DNA of 53,049 nucleotides from a virus (Duplodnaviria; Caudoviricetes): IMG/VR virus record IMGVR_UViG_3300042197_000954, positions 1 to 53,049 of that record; one strand, 5' to 3'. Shown piece by piece: positions 31,915 to 40,760 of this stretch (position 1 is its first letter; each line of letters starts with the position of its first letter). The notes under the pieces were generated by a model. It saw only the letters and a program-made list of their open reading frames with translations, ran no database searches and was not told where the DNA came from. The position numbers and the translations under genes were made by a program.

Positions 31915-32856
31915 TTAAAAAACTGTTCCACCATTATCTATAAATATCTTCTGTTGTTCTGGTGTTAATAATTTAAACATATTGCTTGTTATGAAATCAC
32001 CATTTTCATATCTCTTTATTGTGTATTCAAATCTTTGGTCTGGTGTTAATAATCTAAATTGGTCATCTGAAATACTCCCACCTTTTTCCGCCCTTTTCAT
32101 TGCATATTGAAATCTTTGGTCTGGTTCTAATAATTCAAATTGGTCATATAAAATACTCCCAACTTTTTCCGCCATTTTCATTGCATATTGAAATCTTTGT
32201 TCTGGTGTTAATAATTCAAATTGGTCATATAAAATACTCCCACCTTTTTCCACCCTTTTCATTGCATATTGAAATCTTTGTTCTGGTGTTAATAATTCAA
32301 ATTGGTTATCTGAAATATCCCAACCATTTTCCACAAATTTCATTGCATATTGAAATCTAACTTCATTCTGTTGTTCTGGTGTTAATAATTCAAATTGGTC
32401 ATATTCCACCATTTTCATTGCATATTGAAATCTTTGTTCTGGTGTTAATAAATTAAATTGTTCATCTGAAATACCTTCAACTTTTTCCACCCTTTTCATT
32501 GCATATTGAAATCTTTGGTCTGGTGTTAATAATTCAAATTTATAATATGAAATATGATAACCTTTTTCCGCCCTTTTCATTACATATTGAATTTGTTGGT
32601 CTGGTGTTAATAATTTAAATTCATAATCTTCCAAATAACCATCTTGTTCAACCCTTTTCATTACATATTGAATTTGTTGTTCTGGTGTTAATAATTCAAA
32701 TTCATAATCTTCCAAACCACGACCAGTTTGTTCAACCGCAATTAATCTTTTCCTGATATAGGTGTTCTTTAAATTTTCTGGCAAACTTCTGACTTGGTAT
32801 TCAGGTAATAGAACACCGGTGTCCACATATTTTTGCAATAGTTGTTTGTTATTCAT
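31915..32856 (-). CDS. 27-aa repeat protein, 9 repeats
   Basis: same N-cap and C-cap. Confidence 0.85.
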   Translation of the reverse strand: MNNKQLLQKYVDTGVLLPEYQVRSLPENLKNTYIRKRLIAVEQTGRGLEDYEFELLTPEQQIQYVMKRVEQDGYLEDYEFKLLTPDQQIQYVMKRAEKGYHISYYKFELLTPDQRFQYAMKRVEKVEGISDEQFNLLTPEQRFQYAMKMVEYDQFELLTPEQQNEVRFQYAMKFVENGWDISDNQFELLTPEQRFQYAMKRVEKGGSILYDQFELLTPEQRFQYAMKMAEKVGSILYDQFELLEPDQRFQYAMKRAEKGGSISDDQFRLLTPDQRFEYTIKRYENGDFITSNMFKLLTPEQQKIFIDNGGTVF

Positions 32857-32859
32857 AAT

Positions 32860-33879
32860 TTAATAAACTTCTCCACCATTATCTATAAATATCTTCTGTT
32901 GTTCTGGTGTTAATAATTTAAATTGGTCATATAAAATATTCCAACCATTTTCCACTATTTTCATTGCATATTGAAATCTTTGTTCTGGTGTTAATAATTC
33001 AAATTGGTCATATGAAATACGATAACTTTTTTCCACCATTTTCATTGCATATTGAAATCTTTGTTCTGGTGTTAATAATTTAAATTGTTCATTTGTAATT
33101 TCATAATCTTTTTCCACCATTTTCATTGCATATTGAAATCTTTGTTCTGGTGTTAATAAATTAAATTGTTCATCTGAAATACCTTCAACTTTTTCCACCC
33201 TTTTCATTGCATATTGAAATCTTTGGTCTGGTGTTAATAATTCAAAATGATATTCTGTAATTTCAAGACCTCTTTCCTTCAATTTCATTACATATTTAAA
33301 TCTTTGGTCTGGTGTTAATAATTTAAATTGGTCATTTGAAACTCTCACTATCCGTTTCATTGCATATTGTCCCATTTGGTCTTGTGTTAATAATTCAAAT
33401 TGTTTATTTGAAATACTCCCACCTTTTTCCACCATTTTCATTGCATATTGTCCCATTTGTTCTTGTGTTAATAATTTAAATTGGTCATATGAAATAAACC
33501 CACCATTTTCCGCTACTTTCATTGCACATTGAAATCTTTGGTCTTGTGTTAATATTTCAAATTGGTCATATGAAATAAACCCACCATTTTCCGCCCTTTT
33601 CATTACATATTGAATTTGTTGTTCTGGTGTTAATAATTTAAAATGGTCATCTGAAATATGTTTACCTTTTTCCGCCTTTTTTATTGTATATTGTCTTATT
33701 TGTTCTGGTGTTAATAATTCAAATTCATAATCTTCCAAATAATCACCAGTTTGTTCAATTGCAATTAATCTTTTCCTGATATAGGTGTTCTTTAAATTTT
33801 CTGGCAAACTTCTGACTTGGTATTCAGGTAATAGAACACCGGTGTCCACATATTTTTGCAATAGTTGTTTGTTATTCAT
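32860..33879 (-). CDS. 27-aa repeat protein, 10 repeats
   Basis: same N-cap and C-cap. Confidence 0.85.
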   Translation of the reverse strand: MNNKQLLQKYVDTGVLLPEYQVRSLPENLKNTYIRKRLIAIEQTGDYLEDYEFELLTPEQIRQYTIKKAEKGKHISDDHFKLLTPEQQIQYVMKRAENGGFISYDQFEILTQDQRFQCAMKVAENGGFISYDQFKLLTQEQMGQYAMKMVEKGGSISNKQFELLTQDQMGQYAMKRIVRVSNDQFKLLTPDQRFKYVMKLKERGLEITEYHFELLTPDQRFQYAMKRVEKVEGISDEQFNLLTPEQRFQYAMKMVEKDYEITNEQFKLLTPEQRFQYAMKMVEKSYRISYDQFELLTPEQRFQYAMKIVENGWNILYDQFKLLTPEQQKIFIDNGGEVY

Positions 33880-33882
33880 AGT

Positions 33883-34605
33883 TTAATAAACTTTTCCACC
33901 ATTATCTTTAAATATTTTTCGTTGCTCTGGTGTTAATAATTCAAATTGGTCATTTGAAATACGATAACTTTTTTCCACCATTTTCATTACATATTGTCCC
34001 ATTTGGTCTGGTGTTAATAATCTAAATTGGTCATCTGAAATATGATAACCTTTTTCATTTTCCACCATTTTCATTGCATATTGAAATCTTTGGTCTGGTT
34101 CTAATATTTCAAATTGGTCATATGAAATACCCCAACCATTTTCCGCCCTTTTCATTGCATATTGAAATCTAACTTCATTCTGTTGTTCTGGTGTTAATAA
34201 TTCAAATTGGTCATATAAAATACCCCAACCTTTTTCCACCCTTTTCATTGCATATTGAAATCTTTGTTCTGGTGTTAATAATTCAAATTGGTTAACAAAA
34301 ATACCCCAACCTTTTTCCACTATTTTCATTGCATATTGAAATCTTTGTTCTGGTGTTAATAATTCAAATTGGTCATATGAAATACTCCCACCTTTTTCCA
34401 CCATTTTCATTGAATATTGAAATCTTTTTTCTGGTGTTAATAATTCAAATTCATAATCTCCCAAACCACGACCAGTTCGTTCAACCGTAATTAATCTTTT
34501 CCTAATATAGGTGTTCTTTAAATTTTCTGGCAAACTTCTGACTTGGTATTCAGGTAATTGAACACCGGTATCCACATATTTTTGCAATAGTTGTTTGTTA
34601 TTCAT
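33883..34605 (-). CDS. 27-aa repeat protein, 6 repeats
   Basis: same N-cap and C-cap. Confidence 0.85.
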   Translation of the reverse strand: MNNKQLLQKYVDTGVQLPEYQVRSLPENLKNTYIRKRLITVERTGRGLGDYEFELLTPEKRFQYSMKMVEKGGSISYDQFELLTPEQRFQYAMKIVEKGWGIFVNQFELLTPEQRFQYAMKRVEKGWGILYDQFELLTPEQQNEVRFQYAMKRAENGWGISYDQFEILEPDQRFQYAMKMVENEKGYHISDDQFRLLTPDQMGQYVMKMVEKSYRISNDQFELLTPEQRKIFKDNGGKVY

Positions 34606-34608
34606 AGT

Positions 34609-35364
34609 TTAATAAACTTTTCCACCATTATCTTTAAATATTTTTCGTTGCTCTGGTGTTAATAATTCAAATCGGTTATCTGAAATACCAAAACCTTTTT
34701 CCACCTTTTTCATTGCATATTGAAATCTAACTTCATTCTGTTGTTCTGGTGTTAATAATTTAAATTGGTTATCTGAAATATCCCAACCATTTTCCGCAAA
34801 TTTCATTGCATATTGAAATGTTTTCAATCTAAGTTCATTCTGTTGGTCTTGTGTTAATAATTTAAATTGGTCATTTGAAATACCCCAACCATTTTCCAAC
34901 CTTTTCATTGCATATTGAAATCTTTGGTCTGGTGTTAATGATTCAAATTGGTCATTTGAAATATCCAAACCATTTTCCACTATTTTCGTTACATATTGAA
35001 TTTGTTGGTCTGGTGTTAATAGATTAAACATATGTTTTGAAATATCCCAACCTCTTTTTACCCTTTTCATTGCCCATTGAAATCTTTGGTCTGGTGTTAA
35101 TAAATTAAATTGTTTATTTGAAATATGTCCATCTTTTTCCACCATTTTTATTGTATATTGTCTTATTTGTTCTGGTGTTAATAATTCAAATTCATAATCT
35201 TCCAAACCACGTGGGTTGACCAAACCACCATTAGTTCGTTCAATTGCAATTAATCTTTTCCTGATATAGGTATTTTTTAAATTATCTGGCAGACTTCTGA
35301 CTTGGTATTCAGGTAATTGAACACCGGTATCCACATATTTTTGCAATAATTGTTTGTTGTTCAT
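34609..35364 (-). CDS. 27-aa repeat protein, 6 repeats
   Basis: same N-cap and C-cap. Confidence 0.85.
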   Translation of the reverse strand: MNNKQLLQKYVDTGVQLPEYQVRSLPDNLKNTYIRKRLIAIERTNGGLVNPRGLEDYEFELLTPEQIRQYTIKMVEKDGHISNKQFNLLTPDQRFQWAMKRVKRGWDISKHMFNLLTPDQQIQYVTKIVENGLDISNDQFESLTPDQRFQYAMKRLENGWGISNDQFKLLTQDQQNELRLKTFQYAMKFAENGWDISDNQFKLLTPEQQNEVRFQYAMKKVEKGFGISDNRFELLTPEQRKIFKDNGGKVY

Positions 35365-35367
35365 AAT

Positions 35368-35760
35368 TTAATAAATTTTTCCACCATTATCTCTAAATAT
35401 CTTCTGTTGTTCTGATGTTAATAATTCAAATTGATATTCTGTAATTTCAAGAACTTCTTTCACCAATATTGCCAAATATCTCTCTTTTTCTTCTGGTGTG
35501 AATACATTAAATTGGTCATCTCTAATCAAAAACCCCCAACCTAGTATACTTTCAGTATATTCTTCCCTTTCTTCTGGTGTTAATAATTCAAATTCATAAT
35601 CTTCCAACACATTTCCTATAGATACATCGGGAAAATCTATAGAAATTAATAATTTCCTAATATAGGTGTTCTTTAAATTATCTGGCAGACTTCTGACTTG
35701 GTACTCGGTTAATCGAGCACCACTATCCACATATTTTTGCAATAGTTGTTTGTTGTTCAT
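35368..35760 (-). CDS. 27-aa repeat protein, 2 divergent repeats
   Basis: same N-cap and C-cap. Confidence 0.8.
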   Translation of the reverse strand: MNNKQLLQKYVDSGARLTEYQVRSLPDNLKNTYIRKLLISIDFPDVSIGNVLEDYEFELLTPEEREEYTESILGWGFLIRDDQFNVFTPEEKERYLAILVKEVLEITEYQFELLTSEQQKIFRDNGGKIY

Positions 35761-35763
35761 AAT

Positions 35764-36387
35764 TTAAAAAACTGTTCCACCTTTATCTTTAAATATCTTC
35801 TGTTGTTCTGGTGTTAATAATTCAAATTGGTCATATGAAATACCCCAACCTTTTTCCGCCATTTTCATTGCATATTGAAATCTTTGGTCTGGTGTTAATA
35901 ATTCAAATTTATAATATGAAATTTCCCTACCATTTTCCGCCATTTTCATTGCATATTGAAATCTTTGGTCTGGTGTTAATAAATTAAATTGTTTATCTGA
36001 AATACGCCAACCTTTTTCCGCCATTTTCATTGCATATTGAAATCTATGTTCTGGTGTTAATAATTCAAATTGGTCATTTGAAATACCTTCAACTTTTTCC
36101 ACCCTTTTCATTGCATATTGAAATCTTTGGTCTGGTGTTAATAATTCAAATTGGTCATATGAAATACCCCAACCTTTTTCCGCCATTTTCATTGCATATT
36201 GAAATCTTTGGTCTGGTGTTAATAATTCAAATTCATAATCTTCCAAACCACGACCAGTTTGTTCAACCGCAATTAATCTTTTCCTGATATAGGTATTTTT
36301 TAAATTATCTGGCAGACTTCTGACTTGGTATTCAGGCAATTGAACACCGGTATCCACATATTTTTGCAATAGTTGTTTGTTATTCAA
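35764..36387 (-). CDS. 27-aa repeat protein, 5 repeats (TTG start overlapping upstream stop)
   Basis: same N-cap and C-cap. Confidence 0.85.
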   Translation of the reverse strand: MNNKQLLQKYVDTGVQLPEYQVRSLPDNLKNTYIRKRLIAVEQTGRGLEDYEFELLTPDQRFQYAMKMAEKGWGISYDQFELLTPDQRFQYAMKRVEKVEGISNDQFELLTPEHRFQYAMKMAEKGWRISDKQFNLLTPDQRFQYAMKMAENGREISYYKFELLTPDQRFQYAMKMAEKGWGISYDQFELLTPEQQKIFKDKGGTVF

Positions 36388-37528
36388 GATTGTTTGTTTT
36401 TAATTTTATCATGTTATAAATAAGTTCGGAAATTTGTTCTTTGGTTATGGTTCCGTCGGGGTATTCTTGTTTTATTTTTTCTCGAATATCTTTAATTAAA
36501 TTAACAAGTAAACTTATCGGCACATTTTTATAAATTTTGGGGGCAACATAAGATTTACTGATAACTCCTATTTTAATATATTCTCTAACTTTTCTTGCAC
36601 CAAATTCATCAGCAATTAATTCTACATTATATAGATATTTTGCCGCCTCATCTATATTTGTTCCATCATTGTACATATCATATAATACCTCCGCTCCGTA
36701 TTTTTTAAATTGATATTGATGGGCCAATTCATGAAACATGCAAAATAAAAGAAAACCCAATTTTCCGTGCAATAATTTTTTATTGATTAATACACCATTC
36801 GAGTACGCCGCACCAGCAGCTGAATTAAATTCGTCACTAAATTCGGTAAATTCTATTTTTTGACATCCACTTTTTTCAATATCACTTTTCAATTTTTTTG
36901 ACCATTCTGGAAAATAATCAAAAATGGGATAATGTTCAATAATTTCAGAAATAAATTGGTCAATTCCTTCAACTTGTTCGTTTAATATTTTTTTATTATC
37001 ATAACCAATAATCTCGCTTTTTGTTGAATATTGTCCTTTTTGTTCATTTGTGATATCATTATTATTTTCCATCATTTTATTTCTCATGTAACAATAAAAA
37101 TTTGGGAAATTTTCTTTGCAATCATAAACATCAAATCCGTTATTTTTAAAAATACGGATATATTTTTTCATTCTATCTGAATTGTGTGTTCCAATTAATA
37201 CGGGTCCAACTTCATCAATCCATTTTTTAAATTGTTCAACAATTTGACCCCAAACAACAGGCAAAGAATAATCGGTCTTGATTTTTTTATTTTGCGAATC
37301 GAAAGTACTAAAAGTGTTAGATAAACCTGTTTCAGGATTTACCGAAGATAGTCCCAATTGATATCCATTTGGATATTTAACCAAAGTTATTGAATAAGAA
37401 CCAATTGTTTTTTCATCAATTATTTCAAATTTATTATAGTTAAAATTTCTTTTATCAATATCATCCAATTCGGTTTCATTTAAACCCATAATTTCTCGTA
37501 TTCTTGATATGTTTTCTTGTAGATTCAT
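36380..37528 (-). CDS. protein with C-terminal HEXXH metallopeptidase-like domain
   Basis: MFHELAHQYQ...ELIADEF; LQENISRIREIMGLNE leader. Confidence 0.6.
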   Translation of the reverse strand: MNLQENISRIREIMGLNETELDDIDKRNFNYNKFEIIDEKTIGSYSITLVKYPNGYQLGLSSVNPETGLSNTFSTFDSQNKKIKTDYSLPVVWGQIVEQFKKWIDEVGPVLIGTHNSDRMKKYIRIFKNNGFDVYDCKENFPNFYCYMRNKMMENNNDITNEQKGQYSTKSEIIGYDNKKILNEQVEGIDQFISEIIEHYPIFDYFPEWSKKLKSDIEKSGCQKIEFTEFSDEFNSAAGAAYSNGVLINKKLLHGKLGFLLFCMFHELAHQYQFKKYGAEVLYDMYNDGTNIDEAAKYLYNVELIADEFGARKVREYIKIGVISKSYVAPKIYKNVPISLLVNLIKDIREKIKQEYPDGTITKEQISELIYNMIKLKTNNLE

Positions 37529-37555
37529 ATTAATGATAAATAGTTTGAATAAATA

Positions 37556-37577
37556 AAAACCCCCATAAAGGGGGTTT
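37556..37577 (-). terminator. intrinsic terminator
   Basis: minus strand aaacccccTTTATgggggttttt downstream of the 37599 gene. Confidence 0.75.
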
Positions 37578-37598
37578 AAATCATTCGGTTGGTTTTAT

Positions 37599-38207
37599 TT
37601 AAAAATCATCATAGTCAGGTTCCTTACCAGCATCGGCCTCACCCCACGCAAGTTCATTTACATCTTCCATATCACGAACGTAATCCATTATTTTTCTATC
37701 TCCGTTAATGATTTCCAATTCTTCTTCGGATAATTTATTTTTTTCTCCATTTTCATCAGAAATAAGTGATGAAGTTCCTTGAACCAATATGATGTTAAAA
37801 TCAACTTCCCCCGGGTCATCTGGTTGATAATAATCTCTACTTCTTGATGCAGGTTGATAATATGTTATCTCAATATCAAAACCCAATTCCAATTCCATAT
37901 AATCAACACCATCTTTTTTCGTTTTCACACTTACCCCAAATAAATCACCATATGGACTTGAATATTCACCAGTGAATTCAAATGAATCCGCTTCCCCATA
38001 AAAATTACCACCATTGTCATCACCATCTGACTTATCCCTCTCTTTCGGTGTCACTTCATGATAGATATTCCAATACCTAGGGTCCACGTCTATTATGTCT
38101 TTTCTTTGATTGATAGGGATATTATTTTCATTTTCATTTAATAATTGTTTCATCACCCTCTTTATCTCATTTAACTCCTGCGTTAATGTCAATGTTCTTT
38201 TTTTCAT
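37599..38207 (-). CDS. hypothetical acidic protein
   Basis: ORF track; ELNEIKRVMKQLLNE leader. Confidence 0.65.
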   Translation of the reverse strand: MKKRTLTLTQELNEIKRVMKQLLNENENNIPINQRKDIIDVDPRYWNIYHEVTPKERDKSDGDDNGGNFYGEADSFEFTGEYSSPYGDLFGVSVKTKKDGVDYMELELGFDIEITYYQPASRSRDYYQPDDPGEVDFNIILVQGTSSLISDENGEKNKLSEEELEIINGDRKIMDYVRDMEDVNELAWGEADAGKEPDYDDF

Positions 38208-38283
38208 TATTGTGTTTTAATATAAATATTATTTTTAGGAATACATATATATGTCAATCTTCTTAAGTTGACATGTTAGTGAT

Positions 38284-38709
38284 TTATGTTAGAGATTGTA
38301 AAAGAAAGTCTTTATATGTGGGGTTTTTTTGTAGAAATGCTTTAGCAATTGCAATTATTTTATCTACCTCTTCTGTTCCTAGTTTTGCATTAACACCATC
38401 GATTAACTTTTCCATATTTTCTCTTGTAAAACCTTGGTAGTGATAATTCCATAACTGGTAATAGTCGGATTCTGTTTCACCGACCCATTCTTTGCCCCAT
38501 AATCCTCTTTTAATGTTTTCTAAGTCTCTTAACATTATATCCTTTTCTGTGGGGTAATTACGTATATAACCAACTACTGTATTCACCCTTTCTTCAATCT
38601 CTTCTTCACTTTTTCCAATTACTTTTTCAATATTTTCATTTACCAATCTTTGTTCTAAAAGAATATTTGATTGTTTGATGTGTCTAATTTTTCTGTAACT
38701 TCTGTTCAT
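38284..38709 (-). CDS. hypothetical protein
   Basis: ORF track; NILLEQRLVNE leader. Confidence 0.65.
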   Translation of the reverse strand: MNRSYRKIRHIKQSNILLEQRLVNENIEKVIGKSEEEIEERVNTVVGYIRNYPTEKDIMLRDLENIKRGLWGKEWVGETESDYYQLWNYHYQGFTRENMEKLIDGVNAKLGTEEVDKIIAIAKAFLQKNPTYKDFLLQSLT

Positions 38710-38739
38710 TTTGTTTTTTTATATAAATATTTTGTTTTT

Positions 38740-39000
38740 TTATATAAATATCGATTTTCCCCAAAAATTTCCGGAAATTTTTTTTTCAGAAATAGGGGGT
38801 GAAGTCAACTTTTCCAAAATTTTCCGGAAAAATTTTATTTTAAATTTACGAAAAAAAGTCGAATTTTCGGAAAAAAACTGGAAAAATTTCTGCAAAGGTA
38901 TTGTCCCCCCTATTTAGACCCCCCTTTTTACCTTATATAAGGGGGGATACGGGAGGGGGGAGGGGGTACACCCCCCTACACCCCTCTATGGTAGGGGGGT
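38740..39000. other. non-coding strand-switch region with palindromes and G/C tracts (candidate genome end or origin)
   Basis: AAAAATTTCCGGAAATTTTT 38763-38782, TTTTCCGGAAAA 38820-38831, CCTTATATAAGG 38931-38942, four G runs 38941-38966. Confidence 0.5.
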
Positions 39001-39055
39001 CCAGACAAAATTCAAAACCCCTCGACGGGGGTTGGTAACTTTTTTCTGTCAATGG

Positions 39056-39085
39056 TTGTATGTAATGATTTTCTTATTATATTTG
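39056..39085 (+). promoter_or_regulatory. Bacteroidota primary-sigma promoter (-33 TTG, 19 nt, -7 TATATTTG); first of about 22 copies
   Basis: TTG 39056, TATATTTG 39078; further -7 boxes near 39565, 40852, 41602, 42404, 42781, 43040, 43664, 44348, 44725, 45268, 45638, 46299, 47093, 47714, 48314, 48864, 49424, 51216, 52029, 52533. Confidence 0.85.
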
Positions 39086-39093
39086 TATTCACT

Positions 39094-39123
39094 AAAACCC
39101 TCACCGAAAGGTGGGGGTTTTTT
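39094..39123 (+). terminator. intrinsic terminator with GAAA tetraloop; first of about 16 near-identical copies
   Basis: aaaaccctcacc-gaaa-ggtgggggtttttt; compensatory variant cccctacc-gaaa-ggtagggg at 39877-39907. Confidence 0.9.
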
Positions 39124-39260
39124 ATTTAAGAGGAACTCCTCAGGATATCCCGGTAGGAAATTTGTCTGGAATTTCAGATGAATACCTCAGGAGTCGGACC
39201 GGTCTGACTATTGGAATTTTGTCTGGAAAAATGGTGTATGACGTTTGCCATAATGTGAGA

Positions 39261-39452
39261 AATTCCAGACAAAATTCACCATCAAAAAAAAACAAGGATG
39301 GTGAGGGAAATTCCAGACAAAATTCACCATCAAAAAAAAACAAGGATGGTGAGGGAAATTCCAGACAAAATTCACCATCAAAAAAAAACAAGGTTGGTAA
39401 GGGAAATTCCAGACAAAATTCACCATCAAAAAAAAACAAGGATGGTGAGGGA
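39261..39452. repeat. 48-bp tandem repeat x4
   Basis: aattccagacaaaattcaccatcaaaaaaaaacaaggatggtgaggga at 39261, 39309, 39357, 39405. Confidence 0.95.
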
Positions 39453-39505
39453 AATCCAGACAAATTTTCAAACCCCTGACAGGTGGTTCACCTGTTGTTA
39501 CAAAG

Positions 39506-39525
39506 TGTGGATAACTTGTGGAAAA
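39506..39525 (-). promoter_or_regulatory. tandem DnaA boxes (TTATCCACA + TTTTCCACA on minus strand); repeated upstream of many cassettes
   Basis: TGTGGATAA at 39506, 41543, 42991, 44289, 44666, 45209, 46240, 47655, 51970. Confidence 0.7.
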
Positions 39526-39594
39526 CTTTTTTGTGTCAATGGTTGTATGTAATGATTTTATTATTATATTTGTATTCACTTAAACCAATTTATT

Positions 39595-39867
39595 ATGTCA
39601 AAATTCATTTTTGTTCACCCATTTGTTCCAAGTGGAACACATGGTAATGAAGGGACTTTCTTTGAGAAAGACCTGACACCCTCGGAAGAGGAAACTATCT
39701 ACTCAATTTTGGGAATCAACCCAAAAGAAGAGATGGTAATGGTGTACGATGGTAGTACCCCAATTTATCACCCAAAGAGTAGGTGTGAGTGGGATGGGGA
39801 AAACGAAGAGTTGGTGTGGAAGGAGAAGGATGAGAAGTTGAGAAACCTACAAAGTTGGGTGGTGTAA
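39595..39867 (+). CDS. cassette ORF, hypothetical
   Basis: ATG after the promoter leader aaaccaatttatt; terminator follows. Confidence 0.75.
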   Translation: MSKFIFVHPFVPSGTHGNEGTFFEKDLTPSEEETIYSILGINPKEEMVMVYDGSTPIYHPKSRCEWDGENEELVWKEKDEKLRNLQSWVV

Positions 39868-40191
39868 CCCCCAATGAAACCCCCTACCGAAAGGTAGGGG
39901 GTTTTTTATTTGTGGGGATTAAAATCGGAAACGCTCGTATTCGTCATTTTGTCTGGAAAAATGGTGTATGACGCTTGCCACAATGTGGGAAATTCCAGAC
40001 AAAATAAACAGGGGACGGGTGGTTCACCGAAGGGTGTATGACACCTATTACGATGGGGGGAATTCCAGACAAATTTCCAAACCCCTGACGGGGGTGGATA
40101 ACTTGTGGAAAACTTTTTTCTGTCAATGGTTGTATGTAATACATTTGTTCTTATATTCGTATGTTCATTTAACCCTTAAACCCTTAACCCT

Positions 40192-40485
40192 ATGTACACC
40201 AAAGAACAAATCCAAACCAAACTCCGTACCAACCAAAGGTGGATTGAAAGGACTCTCGTGGTTCTTTATCAAAGACAGACCTCCGATGAACAGACCACAG
40301 GTCAGACCCGTGAGTTCAATGGTATCGGTTTTAATGGACCCGATTCTCGTTACCTATCGTGGTGTTCTCGTTGGATTCTAGATGGTAACCACCTCAACCG
40401 AAAACACCTTGAAAAGTGTAGTTCTCGTCTTCCCAAGTATTGGAGACAAGTCCAAGAGTTGATTAAAGAGAAGAGTGGGAATTGA
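40192..40485 (+). CDS. cassette ORF, hypothetical phage protein
   Basis: promoter/terminator context; LYQRQTSDEQ...NGIGFNGPD...KYWRQ. Confidence 0.8.
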   Translation: MYTKEQIQTKLRTNQRWIERTLVVLYQRQTSDEQTTGQTREFNGIGFNGPDSRYLSWCSRWILDGNHLNRKHLEKCSSRLPKYWRQVQELIKEKSGN

Positions 40486-40620
40486 CCCCTTCTTTGTTGT
40501 TCAAAGACCCTCACCGAAAGGTGGGGGTTTTTTGTTTGTGGGGATACGAAAAATGAACGGGATGGGACAGGTGGAATTTTGTCTGGAAAAAGGGTGTATG
40601 ACACTTATTATGGTAAGGGG

Positions 40621-40760
40621 AATTCCAGACAAAATAAACAGTGGATGAGTGGTTCACCGAAGGGTGTATGACACCTACTACGATGGGGGGAATTCCAGAC
40701 AAAATAAACAGTGGATGAGTGGTTCACCGAAGGGTGTATGACACCTACTACGATGGGGGG
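40621..40760. repeat. 70-bp exact tandem duplication bounded by AATTCCAGAC
   Basis: 40621-40690 = 40691-40760. Confidence 0.95.

Larger units (their letters stand above)
29150..36387 (-). repeat. 81-bp coding repeat family, about 53 copies in 8 genes
   Basis: e.g. tctggtgttaataatt at 29193 and 29274 (period 81). Confidence 0.95.

Noticed and set aside
29335-36287. Plus-strand repetitive hydrophobic ORFs 29335, 32100, 36030
   Set aside because: Antisense shadows of the 81-bp repeats
29150-36387. Diversity-generating retroelement
   Set aside because: No reverse transcriptase or non-coding template repeat in the window; the variation includes indels and whole-block allele swaps rather than adenine-specific changes
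38711-38917. 68-aa F/K-rich ORF
   Set aside because: Translation of A/T-tract palindromes; no coding-like composition
39111-39579. Overlapping ORFs 39111, 39140, 39208, 39298
   Set aside because: Artefacts of a stop-free 48-bp tandem repeat open in several frames
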